A stretch of 64,000 bases of DNA from a virus. The notes beneath the pieces were generated by a model, which was given only the letters and a program-made list of their open reading frames with translations, did not search any database and was not told the origin of the DNA. The stretch spans positions 1-64,000 of IMG/VR virus record IMGVR_UViG_3300030102_006903, one strand, 5' to 3'. Made by a program: the position numbers and the translations under genes. Positions 27,409 to 35,157 of this stretch are shown in pieces. Within the stretch, counting starts at the first letter, position 1, and each line of letters starts with the position of its first letter.

Positions 27409-27939
27409 TTATTTATCTTTATCTAATCTGAAATAAATTGATGCTCCTACATAAGGTCTCAATTTACTTGTCATGGTTTCTCTATCTAATAAATCGTTTC
27501 TGAATCCTACATCCAATCCAAACATTTTATCACCAGGTGCCTTGTAAAGTAGTTTTACATTTGAACCACTAAAGTAGTTATCTAAATCATATTGATATCC
27601 AAATCCTAAAAATAATTTTTTCTGAGGTGGTGCTAAAACTTCAACGATAGTTTCATATGGTTTATCTACATAAACTGTTTTGATTACCTCTATGGGTTTT
27701 TCTACTATTACTTCTTTAATTACTTCAACTTCCTTTTCTACTTCCTTAGTAATATACTTTGGTACAAATACTTTTTTCTCTACAAGTTTTTCAACATAGA
27801 TACTATCTATTACGGTCTGAAGAACTTCTATTTCTTTTATTTTTTCTACTTCTTCAATTCGTGGATTTGTAAATAAGAATATTACTCCTGCAAGTAAAAC
27901 TCCAATGATTATTGATTTAAATGTTTCTATTTTTTTCAT
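27409..27939 (-). CDS. membrane-anchored protein with V/E/K repeats and C-terminal beta-strands
   Basis: N-terminal TM, EKEVEVIKEVIVEKPIEVIK stalk, FLGFGYQY...FGLDVGF...YVGASIYF. Confidence 0.65.
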   Translation of the reverse strand: MKKIETFKSIIIGVLLAGVIFLFTNPRIEEVEKIKEIEVLQTVIDSIYVEKLVEKKVFVPKYITKEVEKEVEVIKEVIVEKPIEVIKTVYVDKPYETIVEVLAPPQKKLFLGFGYQYDLDNYFSGSNVKLLYKAPGDKMFGLDVGFRNDLLDRETMTSKLRPYVGASIYFRLDKDK

Positions 27940-27948
27940 ATCTCTCTC

Positions 27949-29841
27949 CTAAAAGGGTAACTTTGCTCCTATCATAAACGAATTCATAATTGGAACAAAC
28001 TCATTACTACTATAAATTATTGTCCAACCTGCATTGAACGAAAATGATTTTGTTAATTGTATTGTGAAAGTATTTGCTAAAATACCTATTACATCTTTAC
28101 TTGTTGTTGCCATAGCTTCAAATCCTGGCATTGCTTCTGTATAAGAAATTGGTGATTGTGCAAATACGATTGCTGGTGTGTAAATAATTCTATCATTTAC
28201 TTTTACCATATTAGTATAAAGTGCATTATATCCTAATGACCACATCTGAGGCATTTCCTCACCAAAATTATCTTTTCCAAACATATATGAATAACTTATA
28301 CCAACTCCAACTGTTCCCCATTTACCCATTGGTTTCATCCTACTTGCTGCAGCTGTAATTGAATTCATATTCCAGTTTCTCATATATGTTAAGTTTTGTG
28401 CATCTACCCAAGTTACTTGGTAGTTATCATTCATTCTTAATTTAGAAGTACCTATTCCTAAACTACCTTGTTTTAGATTATCATAAATCTGTAAGGTTGC
28501 AGTATTTGTTCTATCACCAAATATAGAAGTTTGTGAAGCACCTATATTGAGTACAGAATTATATTTTAATGTTAATGCTTGTTGTTGTAAAAAATCTGCC
28601 TTAAGTTGAATAGGTAAATATTTTTTTTCTTCTTCTTCCTCTTCCTCTTCCTCTTCTTCATCACTATCTTCTTCCTCTTCTTCCTCTTCTTCCTCTTCTT
28701 CTTCATCCTCTTCCTCTTCTTCATCTTCTTCTTTTTCTTCTTCTTCCTCTTCCTCATCACTTTCTTCCTCATCTTCTTCTTTTTCTTCTTCATCTGATTC
28801 TTCATCTTTTTCTTCTTCATCAGAATCTTCATCGCTATCATCATCAGAATCATCACTATCATCATCACTATCATCATCTCCATCCGAGTCATCATCTCCA
28901 TCAGAGTCATCATCGCCATCTGAATCATCTCCATCGGAATCATCATCACCATCGGAATCATCCCCATCCCCATCGCTATCTCCATCTGAATCATCTCCAT
29001 CGCCATCTGAATCCCCATCACTATCTCCATCGGAATCACCATCGGAATCACCATCACTATCTCCACCATCACCATCGGAATCACCGTCTGAATCTCCTCC
29101 TCCATCGGAATCAGAATCCCCATCAGAATCTCCACCACCATCAGAGTCGGAATCACCACCACCATCGGAATCAGAATCACCTCCTCCATCACCAGAGTCT
29201 CCTCCACTATCTCCATCGGAATCTCCTCCGCTATCTCCACCAGAGTCTCCTCCACTATCTCCACCACTATCACCACCAGAGTCTCCTCCGCTATCTCCAC
29301 CAGAATCACCTCCACTATCGGAGCCATTTCCTCCACTATCGGAACCGCCTGAATCTGAACCACTTCCTCCACTATCAGAACCACTCCCTCCACTATCAGA
29401 ACCGTTTCCACTTCCTCCACTATCGGAACCACCTGATGAACCACTGCCACTTGAATCAGAACCACTTCCACTTGAACCACTACTTCCACTAGAACCTGTG
29501 TTACCTGTGTTACCAGATGTGTTGTTGGTATTATTAGTTGCGTTATTTGCGGTATTAGTTGCGTTTGTGGCGTTAGTTTGAGCTGATGAACAAGGGGAAA
29601 GTGCTTGCCACCATGCATATTTTTGTACTAACCATTGTTGTAAAGTACCATTTAGATATTCTTGGTAAGTAAATAATTTTGCTTCATTATAGAAAGCAAC
29701 GATTGCAGAACCTGATGCGAAGTTAGCGGATACCACTTGGACTTCACCAGTACATCTATCAACAAATGTCTGTGTAAATTGCTGGGAGTAACTAAAGTTA
29801 GTTACAAACAGAAAAAATAAAATCGATAGTAGTTTTTTCAT
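27949..29841 (-). CDS. outer-membrane beta-barrel protein with long Gly/Ser/Asp and poly-Glu stalk
   Basis: Signal peptide, small Cys-pair N-domain, ~300-aa low-complexity acidic region, amphipathic beta-strand C-domain ending in F. Confidence 0.7.
   Translation of the reverse strand: MKKLLSILFFLFVTNFSYSQQFTQTFVDRCTGEVQVVSANFASGSAIVAFYNEAKLFTYQEYLNGTLQQWLVQKYAWWQALSPCSSAQTNATNATNTANNATNNTNNTSGNTGNTGSSGSSGSSGSGSDSSGSGSSGGSDSGGSGNGSDSGGSGSDSGGSGSDSGGSDSGGNGSDSGGDSGGDSGGDSGGDSGGDSGGDSGGDSGGDSDGDSGGDSGDGGGDSDSDGGGDSDSDGGGDSDGDSDSDGGGDSDGDSDGDGGDSDGDSDGDSDGDSDGDSDGDGDDSDGDSDGDGDDSDGDDDSDGDDSDGDDDSDGDDDSDGDDDSDDDSDDSDDDSDEDSDEEEKDEESDEEEKEEDEEESDEEEEEEEKEEDEEEEEDEEEEEEEEEEEEDSDEEEEEEEEEEEKKYLPIQLKADFLQQQALTLKYNSVLNIGASQTSIFGDRTNTATLQIYDNLKQGSLGIGTSKLRMNDNYQVTWVDAQNLTYMRNWNMNSITAAASRMKPMGKWGTVGVGISYSYMFGKDNFGEEMPQMWSLGYNALYTNMVKVNDRIIYTPAIVFAQSPISYTEAMPGFEAMATTSKDVIGILANTFTIQLTKSFSFNAGWTIIYSSNEFVPIMNSFMIGAKLPF
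28625..29510 (-). repeat. imperfect coding tandem repeats (GSS/GGDS/DGDS/DDS then poly-E)
   Basis: Visible tct/tcc/tca/atc/acc triplet repeats; the protein grades from G/S-rich to D-rich to E-rich. Confidence 0.9.
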
Positions 29842-29846
29842 TCATG

Positions 29847-30566
29847 TTAATTCTCAAAGATACCCTTTCTTATCATTCTTGCTACTATTCTCGCTGATGC
29901 GGTTTCCAACGCTTTTCTGGTAGTTACTCCAATTGCTGATTGTCTGAAGTTTATTTCCTCCAAATCTAACCCCAGCAAACCCTCTTGAGTCTTAACTGTA
30001 TTTGCTTCTCCTAGACCAGAACCTACAAAGTAAGTACCATTCTCTGCGTTAGTAAACCTAACTTGTAATCCCAAACGAGTTGTTTGTGTTTGTTTAGAAC
30101 CATCTTTTAAAGATAAAACTTCATCTTCTGAAACTGAAAAATCATAAATTTCTATTGTAACAAAATACTTTGCCAACATGATTTTTCCAACACCATAAAC
30201 TTCGTTTTGTGAAACTCCTTTTCTTGAAGCAACCCATTGAGTTTTCATTCTATCTTTTATTTCATCCTTTTCTTCAACAAATTCAAATCGGTTTGTCCAA
30301 TCTAAATACTCGATTACCATATTAGTAACCCCTAAACCAATTCTTGCATCTTTTAAATCTGGCCACATTTCGTAAACCACATCAGATGCTGAAATGTTGA
30401 TTAGTGCTATTGGAATAGTTTCACCCCAATAATCTGAAACATCATCGATAGATTTCTTTTTTTCAAATTCTGCTTGATATTTCTCTGCTTCTATTTTACC
30501 CACTGTCTGCGAGTATCCGAACTGAGAAACGAACAATAACAAAATAATAAGAATTTTATTTGTCAT
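29847..30566 (-). CDS. csgG: CsgG/HfaB-family (curli secretion channel-like) protein
   Basis: Signal peptide; IGLGVTNMVIEYLDWTNRFEFVE, AKYFVTIEIYDF, LGLQVRFTNAENG, IGVTTRKALETA. Confidence 0.7.
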   Translation of the reverse strand: MTNKILIILLLFVSQFGYSQTVGKIEAEKYQAEFEKKKSIDDVSDYWGETIPIALINISASDVVYEMWPDLKDARIGLGVTNMVIEYLDWTNRFEFVEEKDEIKDRMKTQWVASRKGVSQNEVYGVGKIMLAKYFVTIEIYDFSVSEDEVLSLKDGSKQTQTTRLGLQVRFTNAENGTYFVGSGLGEANTVKTQEGLLGLDLEEINFRQSAIGVTTRKALETASARIVARMIRKGIFEN

Positions 30567-30663
30567 CTTTTTTCATATGTTTTGTAAGTTCAGGATAAAA
30601 TTGAACAAAAAAGTTATCAATTTTATCAATCACTTTAATTAATATTTTTTTTAAGTTTTTCAT
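30556..30663 (-). CDS. 35-aa hypothetical peptide
   Basis: Manual translation MKNLKKILIKVIDKIDNFFVQFYPELTKHMKKDDK; overlap-coupled to both neighbours. Confidence 0.45.
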   Translation of the reverse strand: MKNLKKILIKVIDKIDNFFVQFYPELTKHMKKDDK

Positions 30664-30755
30664 AGTTGTAATACGATAATAAAAATTACAAATAGAATAC
30701 AACTAAAAAGTATTCCATAGCAACATTTATCTACCGCGTCAATAAAATTTTTCAT
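30660..30755 (-). CDS. 31-aa membrane peptide
   Basis: Manual translation MKNFIDAVDKCCYGILFSCILFVIFIIVLQL. Confidence 0.45.
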   Translation of the reverse strand: MKNFIDAVDKCCYGILFSCILFVIFIIVLQL

Positions 30756-30757
30756 AT

Positions 30758-30949
30758 TTAACAACAATAATCAAAAATACCAAATGTGGCATTCTGAACA
30801 TCTGCTTCACCTGATATAAATCCATACATCAAAGTTGTGAAACCAACAACAAATAATCCTATTAAACCAAATATCCATATTTTAAAGATATAGTCTAAAA
30901 TTACATAATCAGATAATTTGTCTTTCCAAATCTGTACTAAAACATTCAT
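30758..30949 (-). CDS. small membrane protein
   Basis: One TM helix, NATFGIFD tail; AGGAG SD. Confidence 0.65.
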   Translation of the reverse strand: MNVLVQIWKDKLSDYVILDYIFKIWIFGLIGLFVVGFTTLMYGFISGEADVQNATFGIFDYCC

Positions 30950-30972
30950 AATATAATCTCTCCTAATTTAAA

Positions 30973-31215
30973 TTAACTGTGAGTTTCTTTTACCGATTTC
31001 GGTAATCGCCAACCCATTCTTCTCATAATCCAAGCCCAAAGTCCACCTAACATAAAGAATTGTACAACAAATCCTAATGCTAACCAACTTGAGACCTCAT
31101 CGCCTACTCTCATTCTATCAGAGAAAACATACCCATAAACATTCAAATAAACTATTATTGAAATAAATCCTACCGGTTGTCCCCATGTCCTACACCATTT
31201 TTTAAAACGATTCAT
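30973..31215 (-). CDS. small two-TM membrane protein
   Basis: Two hydrophobic segments; AGGAGG SD. Confidence 0.7.
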   Translation of the reverse strand: MNRFKKWCRTWGQPVGFISIIVYLNVYGYVFSDRMRVGDEVSSWLALGFVVQFFMLGGLWAWIMRRMGWRLPKSVKETHS

Positions 31216-31238
31216 ATTAACCTCCTATTCGTTTAATG

Positions 31239-31544
31239 TTACCAATCAATTTCTTCTTCTTTTTCTTTTTTCTTCTCAACTGGTACTTCTTTAACAATTA
31301 CTTTTTCTTTTACTGGTTGTTGTTCTGGTATGTTTACAACTATTGTTGGTCCTTCCACATTTACCGATTGATTGTTTTCTTGAACAACCTCAGTTTGTGG
31401 ATTTGATTCATCATCTCCAATACCAATAAAAGATTTTACTTCATCAATAAACATCGTACCAAGTGCAGTTAGTATTACACCAACTGCAGCTATGATTTGA
31501 TTTTTTAGTTGTGAGAAGAAACTTTCTTTTTTCTTTTTTGCCAT
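31239..31544 (-). CDS. single-TM protein with extended acidic/Pro tail
   Basis: LKNQIIAAVGVILTALGTMF TM; ends EEEIDW; AAGGAG SD. Confidence 0.75.
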   Translation of the reverse strand: MAKKKKESFFSQLKNQIIAAVGVILTALGTMFIDEVKSFIGIGDDESNPQTEVVQENNQSVNVEGPTIVVNIPEQQPVKEKVIVKEVPVEKKKEKEEEIDW

Positions 31545-31554
31545 CTTAATCTCC

Positions 31555-31932
31555 TTATTCTACAACGAATGATTCGTTACCTAATACATTATGATAATCA
31601 TCAGTAAGTTGAATCATGTACGCTGATTTTTCTAAAGATGCAACATATACCTTTAGTATATTATCACCTTCTTTTACTTCTAATCTCTCTTGTGAGATTA
31701 ACTCATTGTTTAATCCATGTCTGATTTTGATTCTGTAAGTACCTGCTTCAGGTAATTTAACATTCATGGATACTCTATCTGAAACGATAGTGTTTTCTAA
31801 CTTGATACCAACTAAATCTTTGATAACCAAAGTTTCAGGTACCTCTTGGTTAGGGTCTACCATGATGAAATCTTCATCTTTTGCACATCCTAAGATAAAC
31901 AATAAACTAAATAATATTAATAATTTTTTCAT
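31555..31932 (-). CDS. surface lipoprotein with T9SS C-terminal-sorting-domain-like Ig fold
   Basis: Lipobox ILGC followed by AKDED; YRIKIRHGLNNELIS...EGDNILKVYVASLEKSAYMIQL...ESFVVE. Confidence 0.7.
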   Translation of the reverse strand: MKKLLILFSLLFILGCAKDEDFIMVDPNQEVPETLVIKDLVGIKLENTIVSDRVSMNVKLPEAGTYRIKIRHGLNNELISQERLEVKEGDNILKVYVASLEKSAYMIQLTDDYHNVLGNESFVVE

Positions 31933-31942
31933 TTTTTTCTCC

Positions 31943-33607
31943 TTATTGTATTATAAATTTAATTTGAGTACCATCTGCTTTAACACCCTCTTTTACTCTA
32001 AATGAAATCAAGCCCGATGTATTTTGAATAGCTTCATTTGGGGTAAAGATTAATTTATAAGGTGTTCCTTGTTTTACAGTTGCATCAAAGTTTTGGTCAA
32101 ATGAACCAACTCTTACTTTTCCTTCTTCAACAATGTTTGCGAAGTTTGTCATTGTATTACCAGTATCAAAGATGACATCATCTAATGTTAAAATACTTGG
32201 GTCATATACAATATTAAATTGTGAACCTACCATCTCAGCAATTTGTGAATTGATTGAGAAGATGACTTGTCCATCTTTAATTTCAGATACTAAATCTATG
32301 TTTGCAGTTTCTGCGTTATTAAATTTAGTACCAGGTGCCATTGAAACTCTATATTGTGAACTAACATTCTGAGCTGAAGATGTTTTTGCTCCACTAGATA
32401 CTGATGGTTCATATGAATGAGAGAAGTTAACATCACCTCTTAAACCATGTGCTACATTAACAATTTTTGAGTTTGAATCTGAATCAATTGGTGTAAATGT
32501 ATTTGCGAATGTTACTGCGTTATTTACATATGCACCATATGTTTCTTTAATACCACTATATTCATGTACTGTTCCTGCTTTTGTGATATAATTTGTATTT
32601 CCACTTGTTACACCTTGTAGGTAAGCAAGTATTTCATAAGAATCTTGGAAATCTACTTTGTTATCTGTTCCAACAACATCAGCGATAATATCTTGTATGT
32701 AGTAATCAAATGTAGTTGAACCACCACTTGGACCAGAACCTGCTCCAATTGCCTCAGCGAATACTAATGCTAAATCTGCAACAGTTACAACCTCACCTAA
32801 ATACTCAGGTAAATCTGAAATAGAAACTGATATATTATATTGTATGTTATTTTCTAAACCACTAACTACTGCTTGACCTGATGCATCAAAATCACCACTA
32901 GCTTTTGTTTCTCCTGCACCATTTTTGATAACATAAGAATAATCTGTTCCATCAGATACATTGTTATCTAAAAGTTTTGATGATAGGTTTAAGGTAACAT
33001 TACCTGCATTACCACCTTCCAATCCATTTAAATCGATATCTGAGGTTGGTCTACCTACTTGTATTTGTGTTCCATCTGCTTTTTTATAGTTTGCCCAATT
33101 CACTTTTAATATGTTATCCCATGAATCATAATTTGTACCGAATTTATCTTTGATGATAAATCTGTAAACTATAATCTGGTCTCCATCTGTATATGCTGCT
33201 GAAGTTTGTGCTGTGATTCTTTCTACACTCCAATCTGCTGAAGTTGAGTAGGAGTTGTTTCCTGCTTCATCTCTCCACCAAATATACTGAACATCCATAT
33301 CTGATTCAGATGTGTTTGCTTTTGGGTTAAACTTATATCCACTCCAATTGTTTCTTGCTTTAGAAGCACCACTTGGGGTTTTCCAACTTATGTCTAAGAA
33401 ACTCATAAGTTTGTTATTGTATTCAAAATCGAATTGGAGTAGTGTTGCTGCTCCTTCATCTTTTTTTGCATACTTAAATTCCACCGATAGTGTATCACCA
33501 ACTTTAGTAACAGTATTGACTGTACCATATTGTATCTCCGATGGGTCTTGTCCGAATGAAGTTAGTGTAAAAAGAACACCAACTAATAATGATAAAAATT
33601 TCTTCAT
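31943..33607 (-). CDS. secreted cohesin-like / dockerin-like / cohesin-like protein
   Basis: Signal peptide; VGDTLSV...LLQFDFEYNNKLMSF; ADVVGTDNKVDFQDSYEILAYLQG; VGSQFNIVYDPSILTL. Confidence 0.75.
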   Translation of the reverse strand: MKKFLSLLVGVLFTLTSFGQDPSEIQYGTVNTVTKVGDTLSVEFKYAKKDEGAATLLQFDFEYNNKLMSFLDISWKTPSGASKARNNWSGYKFNPKANTSESDMDVQYIWWRDEAGNNSYSTSADWSVERITAQTSAAYTDGDQIIVYRFIIKDKFGTNYDSWDNILKVNWANYKKADGTQIQVGRPTSDIDLNGLEGGNAGNVTLNLSSKLLDNNVSDGTDYSYVIKNGAGETKASGDFDASGQAVVSGLENNIQYNISVSISDLPEYLGEVVTVADLALVFAEAIGAGSGPSGGSTTFDYYIQDIIADVVGTDNKVDFQDSYEILAYLQGVTSGNTNYITKAGTVHEYSGIKETYGAYVNNAVTFANTFTPIDSDSNSKIVNVAHGLRGDVNFSHSYEPSVSSGAKTSSAQNVSSQYRVSMAPGTKFNNAETANIDLVSEIKDGQVIFSINSQIAEMVGSQFNIVYDPSILTLDDVIFDTGNTMTNFANIVEEGKVRVGSFDQNFDATVKQGTPYKLIFTPNEAIQNTSGLISFRVKEGVKADGTQIKFIIQ

Positions 33608-34119
33608 AATAATAAATCCTTAATAATTTGTTCACATAGTTTTTTCAACGCTATGCTCGCCGTTTGTTGATTAAATGTTCCGTCCTCTGCAACTACAAGG
33701 GTTGAAGTAGAAATTGTTCTACTCGTTCCTTTTTGAGTAGTTCTTTTTCTGACTTTACCATTGACTTCAAGTTCACCAATTGCTATAATCTGCGTTAGTG
33801 AAACATTGTTATGGAATACAGCAATGCTGGTTCCTTTATTTTTAATATCAAAAAAGACTAAACGAACATTAATTTGTTGATTCGCTTGGTCTGATAAATC
33901 ATAATCTAAATCTAAGAGAAGTTCTTCGAGAATATTTTTTACACCGATTGTAAGATTTCGGTTACCTGCAAACTTACCCATACGAATTTCGTTGGTAACT
34001 TCGCCGACCTTAATTAGGTTTTGGTCGTCTTGATGTATCTCATTGGTAGAACCATTTGGTAGTAACACTAAGATACACAAAACGAATATTTTAAATACAT
34101 TTAGTGTAGCTAATTTCAA
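33604..34119 (-). CDS. exported protein, CsgG/TolB_N-like alpha/beta fold (tentative)
   Basis: Hydrophobic N-terminus; IKVGEVTNEI...LTIGVKNILEELL...FNQQTASIALKK resembles the CsgG-like gene; AGGAG SD before TTG. Confidence 0.5.
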   Translation of the reverse strand: MKLATLNVFKIFVLCILVLLPNGSTNEIHQDDQNLIKVGEVTNEIRMGKFAGNRNLTIGVKNILEELLLDLDYDLSDQANQQINVRLVFFDIKNKGTSIAVFHNNVSLTQIIAIGELEVNGKVRKRTTQKGTSRTISTSTLVVAEDGTFNQQTASIALKKLCEQIIKDLLL

Positions 34120-34263
34120 AGTAATCTCCTATTGTTGATTACTGTAACCAATAAATGAAACGATTTGTAAAACGCTTTGAATAAAACGGTTGTTGAAATA
34201 ACGGTGGGATTTTATCCCTTTACTAAGAATAAATATGGGGTTGAAAAAGTAAAAATAGTTTTT

Positions 34264-35157
34264 TTACTTTATTTTTTTGAGTTCCTCACCAAAATTGGAT
34301 TCAGCAATTTTTTTAAACTCTTCTCTTCTATCATAAACTGATATATGATTTAAGTAGTGAGAATTGTTACGATATTTATAGTTTTCACAAACTACGAGGT
34401 TTTTTATTTTGAATTGGTTTACTTTGACACCAAACTCTTCAACGAGTTTTTCAGATGCCCACATTACAAATGTATCTTCGTAACCATAATGCCCAAATGA
34501 TTGGGGAACACCAATTCTATTAAGAAGTTTTCCACTAATACAAGTAAACCAACCACCTGCAAATTTAAATCTTGGTTGCCCATAAAAGTTATTTGTAACT
34601 CCTCTTACTATAATATCACCTTTAACACCTGAATCTTTGTAGGGGTCATTTGTTTTTTGGTAGTTAACTTTTTCAAGTAAGAAATTATCATTAACAAGAC
34701 AATCCCATGTATCATCCCAAATTTTAACAATCTCTGGTGTTATTATAGAGTTTGGAAAACTTTGATTAGTTGATTTCATAGCGTTTTCCAAATAAGATAA
34801 AGTTCTTTCATCAAATATAATATCTGTATCTAACCAAATGAAGTAATCAGCATCTCTATGTTTTTCAAATGAGAATCTTCTCTGTGAAACACAACCTAAT
34901 ATTTTTTCAGATGTTTGAAAGTTTTTTACACACCAATCTGTATTTGATGCTAATTTTAAAAATTTATCTTCAAAATATTTTTTATTGATTGATGATTTAT
35001 CCCAATTGACCATTTCAGATGAAGTACACATTGTAACATCTAAATTCCAATCTAATGATTTATCAATATAATATGATGCTTTTTTGAGTTGATTTAGAGT
35101 ATTTTCTAACTCATCAATTTCATATGGTAAACAAAAAATAGATATTACAATTTTCAT
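34264..35157 (-). CDS. GT-A fold glycosyltransferase-like protein
   Basis: FIWLDTDIIF (DxD), FAGGWF, HYGYEDTF. Confidence 0.7.
   Translation of the reverse strand: MKIVISIFCLPYEIDELENTLNQLKKASYYIDKSLDWNLDVTMCTSSEMVNWDKSSINKKYFEDKFLKLASNTDWCVKNFQTSEKILGCVSQRRFSFEKHRDADYFIWLDTDIIFDERTLSYLENAMKSTNQSFPNSIITPEIVKIWDDTWDCLVNDNFLLEKVNYQKTNDPYKDSGVKGDIIVRGVTNNFYGQPRFKFAGGWFTCISGKLLNRIGVPQSFGHYGYEDTFVMWASEKLVEEFGVKVNQFKIKNLVVCENYKYRNNSHYLNHISVYDRREEFKKIAESNFGEELKKIK

Noticed and set aside
28625-29510. Tandem repeats as a CRISPR array or non-coding satellite
   Set aside because: Imperfect, codon-phased and inside an ORF; no unique spacers.
28572-29618. 348-aa alternative-frame ORF (V/M/K-rich)
   Set aside because: Shadow frame of the G/S/D/E repeat, which lacks stops by composition. 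The 630-aa frame has the signal peptide and barrel.
24436-34119. Canonical curli (csgBAC/DEFG) operon
   Set aside because: No curlin repeats (Q-x-G-x-x-N) and no recognisable CsgE/F; only CsgG-like folds.
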